Positions 1 through 9,741 of a stretch of 64,000 nt of DNA are shown one piece after another. How positions within the stretch are numbered: position 1 is the first letter of the stretch; every line of letters begins with the position of its first letter. Source of the DNA: a virus (taxonomy: Duplodnaviria > Heunggongvirae > Uroviricota > Caudoviricetes). Under the pieces are notes generated by a model, which was not told the origin of the DNA, did not search any database, and saw only the letters and a program-made list of their open reading frames with translations. The translations under genes were made by a program, and so were the position numbers. The stretch spans positions 45,613 to 109,612 of IMG/VR virus record IMGVR_UViG_3300028805_001692; one strand, 5' to 3'.

Positions 1-147
1 AACCTCCTGCTGAGCACGTACAATCTGGTCTATTTTCTTACCTCTTTCCTGTGTCTCCTTCTTGGTTTTCTCAAGCATTTCATTATTTGCAAGGAGAATC
101 TTTATCTGACTCTCCTGTTCTTCCGTTAGTTTCTTTTTAGCCATAAC

Positions 148-765
148 TTATATTCTATCAATTAAACTTATTTTCTCAACATATACGATGAACGTACCAC
201 GCTCTGAGTTATCCATTATCTTACAATTCTCAAGAACAGCATAGATGTCCTCATTTGCTTTGTTTTTGAAGTGCATCTTTACGTTCCTCTTTGGCTCTTT
301 TGATGCAACCCATTCATCTCCAGCCTTGTCTCTATAACTGTTTATGCCATTATGCTCATTTTCCCAAATCGAACACTCTGTTTCAAATTCTTCCTCTGAG
401 GTATCAAGGTCGAACTCTATCATTTCGATGAAATCCTTCTGCATGGCAAACTTCTGGATGAGACCATCAACCGTTTCATCAGCACCATCCTCATCATAGA
501 GTGATGCCTCGCATGACGAATAAGACACTTTATCGTCCTTCTCCTGGGCTTTTGTACAGAACTTGTACGTTTTCCCATCCGTTCCTGTAAAAACGCCTCT
601 AGAGCCGTTTCTATAATCATTCATATGACTTTCAACAATATCCTTGTTCCTCATGAAGTCATCATATACTGCATTGGAATACTCACCCTCTCCGTAATAC
701 GACTCATCAGCATCAAATTCACTATCGTTATAGTCATAGTATGGTAAATACAACGTAACTTTCAT
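148..765 (-). CDS. hypothetical acidic protein
   Basis: Intact 205-aa ORF with a D/E/Y-rich composition. No recognisable motifs. Confidence 0.4.
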   Translation of the reverse strand: MKVTLYLPYYDYNDSEFDADESYYGEGEYSNAVYDDFMRNKDIVESHMNDYRNGSRGVFTGTDGKTYKFCTKAQEKDDKVSYSSCEASLYDEDGADETVDGLIQKFAMQKDFIEMIEFDLDTSEEEFETECSIWENEHNGINSYRDKAGDEWVASKEPKRNVKMHFKNKANEDIYAVLENCKIMDNSERGTFIVYVEKISLIDRI

Positions 766-959
766 AATTTTAAAGTTTATGAATAAATATTAGGAATTTA
801 GTTTTATTATCTCATCCATACCATCCTGTATATAAATTATCACATCCTTTACGTTATTCTCAGTAAGATTATTAAAGTGTTGCTTATATATTTCATCCAT
901 GTATGTTTTTACATTATCCATGAATCGGTATGTCTGTTTCCAGAATCTTTCCTCTTTAT

Positions 960-1439
960 TCATTTTATTTTATTCTTATGTCTTTTATTCTTATTTTCTA
1001 AGAGGGACATTTTTGTCTTCTGAAGTCCAAGAATTTTGGCAAGCTCATCCAGAACCTGCTTTGGTTTTTCACGAATATCCTTCTCCCATATTCTTATTAA
1101 CGGTATCCCATTAGCTAATGCCCATCTGTTTTTATATTCATCAATCCTCTTATTCCTCTGCTGCATAGGATTGAGTTTATTCTCATCAACAACTCTTGGG
1201 TCACTATGATAATATCCACCATCAATTTCTATCAGCAAGTTATGCTCTGGAAGATAAAAATCATAAAACCTACCAATTTCTTTTGCTTCAAATTGATAAT
1301 GGAACTTAACCCCAAGTTTAACAAGAAAATCCCTTGCGAAGTCTTCCTCAAGTTTGGATGTGCCGAACTTGGGGTGTTTCCATTTTTGTTTTATAGTTTT
1401 CTTTTTTGCTAACGGTTTCTTTTTAATTGGCTGCTTCAT
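960..1439 (-). CDS. DUF559/Vsr-like PD-(D/E)XK endonuclease, homing-endonuclease-like
   Basis: Motif 'FYDFYLPEHNLLIEIDGGYYH...R' matches the restriction-endonuclease-like DUF559 core (DFxLP...IExDGxxH). The N-terminus is lysine-rich. It overlaps the upstream ORF by 17 nt. Confidence 0.55.
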   Translation of the reverse strand: MKQPIKKKPLAKKKTIKQKWKHPKFGTSKLEEDFARDFLVKLGVKFHYQFEAKEIGRFYDFYLPEHNLLIEIDGGYYHSDPRVVDENKLNPMQQRNKRIDEYKNRWALANGIPLIRIWEKDIREKPKQVLDELAKILGLQKTKMSLLENKNKRHKNKIK

Positions 1440-2190
1440 AACTTACGCCATCGTAGTTGATTAGAATATTAAAAATACTAGGATTTGATTCTTCATAGTT
1501 TAATGAAGACTTCAATAATTCAGAGACTATACATCCGACATATTTCTCCTTATACAGAATAACACCTGTTGGGTCAAGATGCGAAATAGTCATTGTAAAC
1601 TTTCTATTCTTGAATCTCTCAACTATCTCTGCTACTGGAACTGTCTCATACTTGTTTTTAACTAGAAAATCATAAATCACAACACCTATTCTACTTCTTG
1701 AATCATCAATGAAATCAACTGATTTAATCATTTCAACGGGAACTGACAAATCAGTAAGGTCTACAAGGAATCTGTTACAGAATATTGCATCTTTAATTGT
1801 TGGTTTGGCAGGTGTAACGTTCTGCACTATTGCAGGCTGTTGTACTGGCTTATTTTCCTTAAGAATGCGGTCATAGAACCCAGCACCTGTATTTGTATGG
1901 TGTCCGCATGTGCATGTCGATGAACAACACTCCTTAGGTTTTGATATTGAGTCAAATATATTGACAGAACTTGCTGCATTTTCTTCTCTCTCACTTTCCT
2001 TTCTAAGTTCCTCAATTTCCTTGAGTGTGCCGTCTATCTCATATTTTATAAGTGTTATGGTATCACCAGCTACATTATCTCTTCTCAATAAGTCATGAAG
2101 TGTGTTCATGAGCATCTTATGCTGGTTAATTTTCATTTCAAGTCTCTTCTTAACATTAGAGATATTGCTTTTTCTACAATGTCTTTCCAT
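1423..2190 (-). CDS. hypothetical protein
   Basis: 255-aa ORF in the minus-strand structural block. Contains a Cys/His cluster CCSSTCTCGHH. Confidence 0.4.
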   Translation of the reverse strand: MERHCRKSNISNVKKRLEMKINQHKMLMNTLHDLLRRDNVAGDTITLIKYEIDGTLKEIEELRKESEREENAASSVNIFDSISKPKECCSSTCTCGHHTNTGAGFYDRILKENKPVQQPAIVQNVTPAKPTIKDAIFCNRFLVDLTDLSVPVEMIKSVDFIDDSRSRIGVVIYDFLVKNKYETVPVAEIVERFKNRKFTMTISHLDPTGVILYKEKYVGCIVSELLKSSLNYEESNPSIFNILINYDGVSYEAAN

Positions 2191-2319
2191 TTCTCTATTC
2201 TATTATGTTAGTTATTTCTTATAAATCGATTAAATTAACTATATTTCCAAACAACCTTCTTGGGTTGTAGTTAATATCTACTGCCTTACCAAATGTTATA
2301 ACTGCGTAATGTTTCATCT

Positions 2320-3873
2320 TTAAATTGATATTTTTTCAACATCATATTTCTGTTCTGTGACAACGACATCACATATGTTGACATGGTTAACTCTTCTAAA
2401 TAGGAATATGTTTGTAAGCCTCTCAATCAAATAACCACCTATTCTGTACTGATACTCGAACGTGTCGTTAGGACTAAAGTCTTTAATATACTTATCCTTA
2501 TTATCCTCTATCCTCTTCTTAATATCTTCTCCTACAACCTTTATATACTCATCCATGATACCCCCTACAAAGCTAATATAATCCAGGAAGTCATCTCTTT
2601 TCATGATAAACATATTGTAAGGGAACATCATATCTTTCTCTACGAAGTTGGTATATATGTTGTAATATTCTGGATACTTATCACGTATGATTTCACCAAC
2701 AATATCCAAATCTTCTATGTTATGATATTTCTCATACTGGTCATGTATACTCATGATAAACTTGATAGGCTTTGCAAGTATTACGTCGCATCTTTTAAAT
2801 TCCTCATCGATGTCTGGTATATTGTCAAGAAAACTGAAGTATTTTCTATAATGACAGAATCCTACATACTCAGCGAAGTTATATCCATTCTTAACAAGAT
2901 TTCTAAGCATATAGAACTCTGAGTAGAACTTATCATCAAGAGAGTCTCCAGGATTACCGCATTCAATTATCTGTAGGTTGGTATCCATTTCAAGATTTCC
3001 ATTACCAACTATAATCTTGTACACATCATTAGTTACAGGAGGAGTAAAATTCTTGTAAGCACCAATAAATATGTCAAGTTTCTTACCATCATGAATTTTT
3101 GAATTTTCTGAAGCAAGTAATGTGTTGAAATTAAACGACTTTTTAAGGTCATTTGCATATTCTTCTCTCATTCTTTCCTCTGAAAATGAATAATGTATAC
3201 AATATCCGTTTTTCTTATTTGTTTCTGAAAGTCTATCTTTCATGATTTTCTTTTTCATGATTGAGTATTCTATGCCGAATCCCTTGTCAATATGAAGTGT
3301 ATAAATTTTATCACTAATATAAGCTTTAACTTCTCCCTTTGGAAATGCGACATGAGCACCTATACCGTATCCCATACTGTCAATCTTGTTAGGGTCGAAT
3401 AGAACAAGTTTACCAAATCCTTTATGTTGTGCATTTATAACTTGTTCGTATACAGTAGGAAGTACTTCATGTAACAGCTTACCAGGTTCATATGTAGGTT
3501 GATGGTCTCCACGAAATGCACACCACTTATTGAAAAGTACTGTGCCTCCATTTTCACGCATCTTAGTTAATTCACCTTCAAGGTCTTGTGAGAACACCAT
3601 TTCATCAAAATCACACACAACAACCCAGTCAGCCTTACCACGAGACTCATGCCAACAATCATTTTTGATGTTCATCTGAACAATGTCATTCATACCCTCT
3701 GTATCAAAATGTCTAACCTCAATCCAGTCAAACTGTTTAAGGTATTCAACACTACCGTCAGTAGAGCCATTATCATAGACAATAGCCTTAGTAACAAATC
3801 TCTTCCAATAATCAACAACGAATGGTGCTATATCCATCTCGTTCCAGCAAAGTGTGTATAAATGTATTGTCAT
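2320..3873 (-). CDS. glycosyltransferase family 2 domain fused to a DUF4422-like domain
   Basis: N-terminus has 'LCWNE...YDNGSTDGS...VVVCDFDE' (GT-A fold, DxD-like). C-terminal half has 'IFIGAYKNFTPPVTNDVYKIIVGNGN', resembling DUF4422 found in capsular polysaccharide loci. Confidence 0.55.
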   Translation of the reverse strand: MTIHLYTLCWNEMDIAPFVVDYWKRFVTKAIVYDNGSTDGSVEYLKQFDWIEVRHFDTEGMNDIVQMNIKNDCWHESRGKADWVVVCDFDEMVFSQDLEGELTKMRENGGTVLFNKWCAFRGDHQPTYEPGKLLHEVLPTVYEQVINAQHKGFGKLVLFDPNKIDSMGYGIGAHVAFPKGEVKAYISDKIYTLHIDKGFGIEYSIMKKKIMKDRLSETNKKNGYCIHYSFSEERMREEYANDLKKSFNFNTLLASENSKIHDGKKLDIFIGAYKNFTPPVTNDVYKIIVGNGNLEMDTNLQIIECGNPGDSLDDKFYSEFYMLRNLVKNGYNFAEYVGFCHYRKYFSFLDNIPDIDEEFKRCDVILAKPIKFIMSIHDQYEKYHNIEDLDIVGEIIRDKYPEYYNIYTNFVEKDMMFPYNMFIMKRDDFLDYISFVGGIMDEYIKVVGEDIKKRIEDNKDKYIKDFSPNDTFEYQYRIGGYLIERLTNIFLFRRVNHVNICDVVVTEQKYDVEKISI

Positions 3874-3950
3874 TTTTCTTTAAAAAATAAAAAAATAAGT
3901 GCAAGAAACAATAGTTTCCCACACTTATTATTATTTTTCTCGTTTTCAAA

Positions 3951-4439
3951 TTAGTATGCAAGAATTGCGTAGTCGAATCTTAAGTTGATAGAGATTGTTG
4001 CAAGGTCATCGTTGCTGTAATCCAATTCACCGAAGTCTGCCTGTGTACACATGGTATTCTTCAATATCCACTTAGATACTACAACACCAGTTGGGTCAAG
4101 CATCTCAAGCTCAACGTCACGCTTATAACCAGCTGCGTATCCCTGTCTACCACTTACTGACTCAGAGTGAAGACGAACCCACTCCATAACAGCCTGTGAA
4201 GCAGAAGGTCCAATTGGGTCACGAAGCGTAACTTGCATTTCGTCCCATGTATAACGACCAACAACGTATGTCTCGGTGTTCAAGAACTGAATTGGCTTAC
4301 CTTCCTGCTTGATAGAAGGACGCTTTGCACTCTGACACCACCACTCTTGTATACCTAGGTCTGCTGGGAATCTAAGAAGCCATCTATTTTTTCTCAGTGG
4401 CTCATAGTTCAACGGCATTTTCAAAAGTAAATCTGACAT
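3951..4439 (-). CDS. contractile tail tube protein (T4 gp19-like)
   Basis: 162 aa. The end-to-end pattern resembles T4 gp19 (N-terminal 'NRWLLRFPADLG'; C-terminal 'FGELDYSNDDLATISINLRFDYAI' vs gp19 'ELQLDWDSNNEIQTFEVTLALDYWE'). It lies immediately downstream of the sheath gene on the same strand. Confidence 0.7.
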   Translation of the reverse strand: MSDLLLKMPLNYEPLRKNRWLLRFPADLGIQEWWCQSAKRPSIKQEGKPIQFLNTETYVVGRYTWDEMQVTLRDPIGPSASQAVMEWVRLHSESVSGRQGYAAGYKRDVELEMLDPTGVVVSKWILKNTMCTQADFGELDYSNDDLATISINLRFDYAILAY

Positions 4440-4519
4440 AATTTTTTAATATTTTTAATCTAGATTATTATTATCAATTTTATTATAAATATATCATTAA
4501 CATTTTTTTAATAAAATTA

Positions 4520-4551
4520 TTTGTTATTATCATTTTTTTTATATATCTTTG
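4520..4551 (+). promoter_or_regulatory. Bacteroidota sigma-A type promoter (-33 TTTG 4520-4523, -7 TAtcTTTG 4544-4551)
   Basis: Consensus TTTG, 20-nt spacer, then TAnnTTTG. ATG at 4569. Confidence 0.6.
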
Positions 4552-4568
4552 CCAAAATTCGGTTAGAT

Positions 4569-4955
4569 ATGATAAAGGTTCTTATGTTAATGATTCTTGC
4601 ACATATAGTAGATGATTACTACTTGCAAGGTATTCTTGCTTCAATGAAGCAGAAGAAATGGTGGCTTGAGCAGAAAGGCTACAAGGACATGTATAAAAAT
4701 GACTATAAGATGGCTCTGTTAATGCACTCTATGTCATGGTCTATAGTTGTGTCCCTGCCTATAATGTTCTTCACTACAGCACCAGGAATATTTGTTTATA
4801 CGCTGTTTGTGTTAAATACCATAATGCATTACTATATAGATAATCTTAAAGCTAACGAGCTTGCAATAAACCTGGTTGAAGACCAATCAGTACATCTTAT
4901 TCAGATATTGTTAACATGGCTTTCAGTAACTATGGTGTCATCACCACTTATCTGA
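4569..4955 (+). CDS. small polytopic membrane protein
   Basis: The ORF track starts at 4521, but that reading runs through the promoter. The in-frame ATG at 4569 (MIKVLMLMILAHIV...) sits about 18 nt after the -7 box. About four hydrophobic segments. Confidence 0.4.
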   Translation: MIKVLMLMILAHIVDDYYLQGILASMKQKKWWLEQKGYKDMYKNDYKMALLMHSMSWSIVVSLPIMFFTTAPGIFVYTLFVLNTIMHYYIDNLKANELAINLVEDQSVHLIQILLTWLSVTMVSSPLI

Positions 4956-5312
4956 TTATCTCTTATTGCCAGTATCTGTCAATACCTTATCACTCTCCAA
5001 GAACACCTTCTTGAAGAACTCGTATAGCGAGCTTGTTGGGTGGTCTGCATACTTTTTCAGACCCTCAATAGCTGTCTCTCTAATCTTACCGATGATTGGC
5101 TCATGCTGGATAACCTCCTGTGCGTGCATTGCAATTTCTTCCTCTGAGTCACCTTGACCCATCATCATCTGAGGATTCTGCTGCATCATCATCTGAGGGT
5201 TTGGCTGTTCACCAGGTACTCCCTCTTCTCCATTGAATATATAGGCTTCTGAGAGCTGTGTCTTAAGTTGATTTAGCTCTTCTACCAAACTTTTAATATC
5301 CTTCTTTTCCAT
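4956..5312 (-). CDS. hypothetical protein (Q/M-rich)
   Basis: 118-aa ORF with repeated 'NPQMMMQQ' segments. Late-type A/T motif at 5328-5345 upstream. Confidence 0.4.
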   Translation of the reverse strand: MEKKDIKSLVEELNQLKTQLSEAYIFNGEEGVPGEQPNPQMMMQQNPQMMMGQGDSEEEIAMHAQEVIQHEPIIGKIRETAIEGLKKYADHPTSSLYEFFKKVFLESDKVLTDTGNKR

Positions 5313-5460
5313 ATAAACGTTTATTTTCTAATAAATATTAAATAAGGTTAAAAATAGACAATATACTTGAATAATTCAACTTTTTTTCTTAACTTTGCAG
5401 CAGAATTAATTTTAAATGGTAAAAAAATGGCAATAACATAGAAGTTGACCCAAACATATA

Positions 5461-5664
5461 TTGAATTGTATGTACCAAAAAATAGCAGACATAATAATTA
5501 TAATACTTTTAATTGCAAATTTTGCGATAGCAATATGGTATTGTTTTGACCCATCTTTTATGGATAAACTTGAAGATGACACTAGAATAACTATTGCATT
5601 ATCTATGGTGGGTAGTTGGGCTATAATAGGAGGTCTTGCGTTTTCAGCAGAAATGTCTAGATAA
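5461..5664 (+). CDS. small two-TM membrane protein (tentative)
   Basis: 67-aa ORF with two hydrophobic helices. It is followed 30 nt later by a strong hairpin terminator. Confidence 0.3.
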   Translation: MNCMYQKIADIIIIILLIANFAIAIWYCFDPSFMDKLEDDTRITIALSMVGSWAIIGGLAFSAEMSR

Positions 5665-5694
5665 AAGAAGAAAGTCAACTGATATATTATTACC

Positions 5695-5733
5695 AAAAAA
5701 AAATAGCAGTAAACCGAATTACTGCTATTTTTA
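5695..5733. terminator. bidirectional intrinsic terminator
   Basis: Perfect 10-bp stem atagcagtaa / ttactgctat with a 6-nt loop. Flanked by an A-run and a T-run. Sits at the 3' end of the sheath gene and of the small plus-strand ORF. Confidence 0.65.
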
Positions 5734-5753
5734 TGTAAGTTTTTGATAAACAA

Positions 5754-8700
5754 TTAAATATCATCGAATGAAACTCCCTCTGGTGTAAGGATGAAGTCGA
5801 TTACAATATACTCAAGAGCGTTGTAAGGCTTGAAGTAAATCTTAACTGGAAGCTCTCTTCTCTCACGTGACTCTATTGTATCGTTAATCTCAATCCTATA
5901 GTCAGAGATACCTCTGTTACTTCTGATGCTATCCATGATTGGAGTTACTGTAGACAAGAATGACTGCTTTGTTGTTGGGTCATTTGGCTCGAAGATAAGT
6001 CCTATGCAAGAGATTGCAATCAACTTTCTCATTCTAAGCAACAGTCTACGAACTGCAATACGGTTAAGCTGAGACTCGTTAATCTGAAGGTTCTTCTGTC
6101 CCCAAATCTTAGGTCCATCTTGTGCGAATGTCTTGATTGGGTTGATTCTGCCATCGTACAATACATCCTCGTCAGCCAACTTGGTTATGAAGTGTGCTCT
6201 TACGCAGTCAACATTACCACGCTCAACACCAGCAGGTGCGAACCAAGGCCAAGCTGTATTATCCGTCTGTGCGAAGTTTCTAACAGCATCCTTAGTTGGT
6301 GGCAAGTAAATGTACTGACTATTCTCTATATCTAAGTACTTAACCCAAGGGTAATATGTACAAGAGTAGTTAGAATCAATCTCACTATCCTCAAGGTTGT
6401 AAACAGCCTCTTCTGGAGTGTACATTTCGTCAACATAATCACCCGTTCCAGCTGGTTTGTCTGGAGTTGTGATAACATAGATTGAGTCAGCTCTCTCTTC
6501 CTCAATCATTTCGATTGCCTCGTTCACAAGAAGCTTCTGATTCACGTAGTCAATACCTGGAGTTGCAAATACGTTAATATCTGTCTCCTCTGGGTTTGAG
6601 AACTGTCTGATACCACTCAAGTAAGCATACCAGTCAGATGTGATACCATTCTGGTTAAGCTTAAGAAGCTCTGGGTTCTGGATTCTATTGAATGCATATC
6701 CCTCACCGCTTCCCTGGTTAACATAACCTCTGTACTGTGACATCTTATACTCGTCAGTGTTGGTTCTCTGGTCTCTGTAGTCATCCCATCCATCGAATGC
6801 ACCGTAGAAGTATACAGTGAACTTACGAAGGTTTACATACTCATAAATTGAACCATACATTTCCTCCTCAGTACCGATAAGAGGTATACCGTTAAGTATG
6901 CTTGTTCTAGAGTCTGTAGATACGCAATCGAATTCATATCCATGTTCTCCATCAACTGTTATAGCTGAAGCTGGGATACCACCGTTTGTTGCATCAATTC
7001 TTGAGTCAAGGTGGAAACCGTGTGACAAGAATCTTGGGTCATCAATATACGCCTTGTTACCTTTGAAAGTGAAGTTGTCAATGTCAACTCCAATCCATGA
7101 AGACAATCCAAAGTACTGCTTCCTGTTCTTAACGTCTGGGTTGAAGTACCTGTTGTACATCAAGGTTGGGAATGTAACACCGCTGTAAGCTTCTCCTGTA
7201 ACAGGCATTCCATCATACTTAGGTATCGGATATCCAATGAAACCTGCTGGAACTGACATTCTAGCTGCTGTAGAATCATTGACCTCAACAGTGATATACT
7301 TAGACTTAGACTCATACAATCCATCGAATGTACCAATCTTGAATCCAATGAAGTTAGAATCACCAGGAGTCATAGAACAACGTCCGAATCTCTCAAGTGG
7401 GATGATTGACTCATCAACGTCATCTATTCTACGTACAATAACGTCGAATACGCCCTCATCTGGTCTAATGTTCTCGATAGAAACCTTAACCTCGTAGTTA
7501 GCATTGTTACCATCAGTGATGGTATGAAATCTGAACAACTTGTTAAGTTCAACATGCTCATAGTCACCCTTCAAATTAGAAACAATCCAAGGAGTAGAAG
7601 CATATCTGTAAGCTGACTTGTAGTCGTTAAGGTCAAGTTCTACTGGAGCAACGTTAGTGTTTCCACTGATGTCCACTGAGTTTGACATTCTATAATAAAG
7701 TCCATCAGCATTGTTAAGAACAAGTGTTGCATATTCTTTCTTAGCCCCTATTTTATCAAACTTGTAAGCAGCATCCATATATTTATTTCCACCGTTTAGA
7801 AGGTTTCCATACATATTGGTTGGGTCTAAAAGCTTTTCATCTTTAGCATATGTATTAATAACAGCATTTACACTTTCTCCAGTATAGAATGCATAATAAT
7901 AATGTCTCTTACCATCCTGTGTTGTATACTGTTTTACAGTGTATATTTGTCCAGCTTTCATCTCAAATTGCATTGGAGTTGAAAGAAGTGCAATTTTTTC
8001 TTCATCAGTTAAACCAGATAAAGATTCTGGTTGATTGGTTGGTGTAAGTCCAGATGCATAGCTATTGAAAACAACAGCTGACGGTCTACAATTAACCCCA
8101 GGCGTAATATCAGCACAACGTGCAACCATAAGTGGTTGACCAGTAGTGTAATTAAAACCAACACAGGTGAATGCTGTATCATATTGTGCATCTAGGTCAG
8201 CAAGGAATCTCTGTCCAACATGTCTTCTTCTAAGAGCGTTAGATGGAACTGATACGATTGCACTAACTGGCTCATGGTGACAATAGTCAGCTGTGTAGTA
8301 AACCTGGTATCCCTTAAGACCGCAAGTACTACCACTGTTAGAAGTTATAGTCATTCCAGAAGTAGCTGTTTCACCACTATCAATCGATACTATATTACCA
8401 TTTGCAATACCCTGGGTAAGTGCAACATCATAAAGTGACTCGACATAAATCCAAGCATCACCATCGTATGGTTTAGTGCCAAGAACGTTAAGGATGTATT
8501 CCTTATCGTATGGATTCAATGAAACAGGATATTCGAAATATCCCTTCTCGAAGTCCTTACTATTTATGATTGTATCAACTTCAGTGTTACACCACTTACC
8601 ATAGACACCTACAAGCTTAAATCTACCATGATTATACTGTGAAACTGAGAAGCTGCTACCACCGCTTACACCATCTATTTCATATCCTTCACACTCATCG

Positions 8701-9260
8701 CCATCACTGCTGATTGGAATATACGGTTTAATCTGAAGTGCATTCAAATTATACATTTTCTTTGAACAGTCGTTTGTAGCACCACTGCAAAGTGCTGGTT
8801 CACCAACATAGTAGGACAATGCGTCGTACTTAGATGGCTCACAGGTACATACTGTTGTATCACCTGTCTGGAATGGCTTGTAAGTACCACGTGAACGGAT
8901 AAGTGCCACAGCCTGTCCATTTGCAGTAACAAGCCAAGCAGGGCCTGCATTGTAACCGCTAAGACCAAGCACACGAACAACCTTAAGTTGCTCACTCTCA
9001 GTCAGATAAGACTTAGCAATGTAAGGCAACTCATATTTAGGATACTGGCTTCCCTTAAATTTCTCAGTACTTGTTCCACCAAACACCTCCTGGAACTCAC
9101 GCCAGTTAGCAATGTCCATTGGCTGGAAGGCTGGACCTTTCAAGGTCTCACCAACAACACCAAGTGTTGTGATACCAAGGCTGCGAACAGCATAAGTCAT
9201 GTCAATCTCCCTGGTATATATACCTGGTGAAACATGTATTCCTCTTGCATTATCTGCCAT
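5754..9260 (-). CDS. tail sheath protein (T4 gp18-like), 1168 aa
   Basis: N-terminus 'IHVSPGIYTREID...LGITTLGVVGETLKGPAFQP' parallels T4 gp18 'LLSPGIELKE...AALAGKFQWGPAFQ'. Large size implies extra insertion domains. Lies upstream of the tube gene. Confidence 0.8.
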   Translation of the reverse strand: MADNARGIHVSPGIYTREIDMTYAVRSLGITTLGVVGETLKGPAFQPMDIANWREFQEVFGGTSTEKFKGSQYPKYELPYIAKSYLTESEQLKVVRVLGLSGYNAGPAWLVTANGQAVALIRSRGTYKPFQTGDTTVCTCEPSKYDALSYYVGEPALCSGATNDCSKKMYNLNALQIKPYIPISSDGDECEGYEIDGVSGGSSFSVSQYNHGRFKLVGVYGKWCNTEVDTIINSKDFEKGYFEYPVSLNPYDKEYILNVLGTKPYDGDAWIYVESLYDVALTQGIANGNIVSIDSGETATSGMTITSNSGSTCGLKGYQVYYTADYCHHEPVSAIVSVPSNALRRRHVGQRFLADLDAQYDTAFTCVGFNYTTGQPLMVARCADITPGVNCRPSAVVFNSYASGLTPTNQPESLSGLTDEEKIALLSTPMQFEMKAGQIYTVKQYTTQDGKRHYYYAFYTGESVNAVINTYAKDEKLLDPTNMYGNLLNGGNKYMDAAYKFDKIGAKKEYATLVLNNADGLYYRMSNSVDISGNTNVAPVELDLNDYKSAYRYASTPWIVSNLKGDYEHVELNKLFRFHTITDGNNANYEVKVSIENIRPDEGVFDVIVRRIDDVDESIIPLERFGRCSMTPGDSNFIGFKIGTFDGLYESKSKYITVEVNDSTAARMSVPAGFIGYPIPKYDGMPVTGEAYSGVTFPTLMYNRYFNPDVKNRKQYFGLSSWIGVDIDNFTFKGNKAYIDDPRFLSHGFHLDSRIDATNGGIPASAITVDGEHGYEFDCVSTDSRTSILNGIPLIGTEEEMYGSIYEYVNLRKFTVYFYGAFDGWDDYRDQRTNTDEYKMSQYRGYVNQGSGEGYAFNRIQNPELLKLNQNGITSDWYAYLSGIRQFSNPEETDINVFATPGIDYVNQKLLVNEAIEMIEEERADSIYVITTPDKPAGTGDYVDEMYTPEEAVYNLEDSEIDSNYSCTYYPWVKYLDIENSQYIYLPPTKDAVRNFAQTDNTAWPWFAPAGVERGNVDCVRAHFITKLADEDVLYDGRINPIKTFAQDGPKIWGQKNLQINESQLNRIAVRRLLLRMRKLIAISCIGLIFEPNDPTTKQSFLSTVTPIMDSIRSNRGISDYRIEINDTIESRERRELPVKIYFKPYNALEYIVIDFILTPEGVSFDDI

Positions 9261-9300
9261 AATTTCTATAATATTTAAATTTTATTAGTTATTTTTCCTA

Positions 9301-9314
9301 TATATAAATATTTA
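9301..9314 (-). promoter_or_regulatory. late-type A/T motif TATATAAATATTTA upstream of the sheath gene
   Basis: One member of a recurrent TATAAATATT-like motif found 15-50 nt upstream of minus-strand structural gene starts. Confidence 0.4.
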
Positions 9315-9659
9315 ATGTGTCTCATTAATTCCCCAGAATTTATTTTTTACCACAAGATTTTTAAATTCTTCATCATCTGTTGTTTCATTCATCCAATCTA
9401 TAAATCTAATCATCTTGGACACATTCAAGTTCACTTTATCGTTAAGTAATTTCTCATGATATTCCTTGAGTTTTTCCTTATCCTTAAACCTATTGTAGTA
9501 ATCTTCCTGGAGCATGAAGAAAAGGTTAGTTACCTTTCCAACAGTCTTTAAATAATCATATAACAAACGAACATTCTCGAAAGACAGTAAAAACTTGAAC
9601 CTGTTTTCAATTTCCAATAGTAGTCTCTCTATAGTCATTAATTCACTTACTTTAGTCAT
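9312..9659 (-). CDS. hypothetical protein
   Basis: 115-aa ORF. Late-type motif at 9677-9690 upstream. Confidence 0.4.
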   Translation of the reverse strand: MTKVSELMTIERLLLEIENRFKFLLSFENVRLLYDYLKTVGKVTNLFFMLQEDYYNRFKDKEKLKEYHEKLLNDKVNLNVSKMIRFIDWMNETTDDEEFKNLVVKNKFWGINETH

Positions 9660-9741
9660 TGTAACAATATTTTATTAATAATAAATATTACCCCAAAGTC
9701 GAAAAAACAAAATGGATGGTAACATTACCACCCATTTATTT

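Noticed and set aside
4521-4568. N-terminal extension of the 4521-4955 ORF (MLLSFFLYIFAKIRLD...)
   Set aside because: The extension is translated straight through the -33/-7 promoter elements. The ATG at 4569 downstream of the promoter is the more plausible start.
5412-5753. 113-aa minus-strand ORF in the tube-sheath intergenic region
   Set aside because: Low-complexity, I/F-rich product. It overlaps the plus-strand small ORF and the bidirectional terminator, so it is probably spurious.
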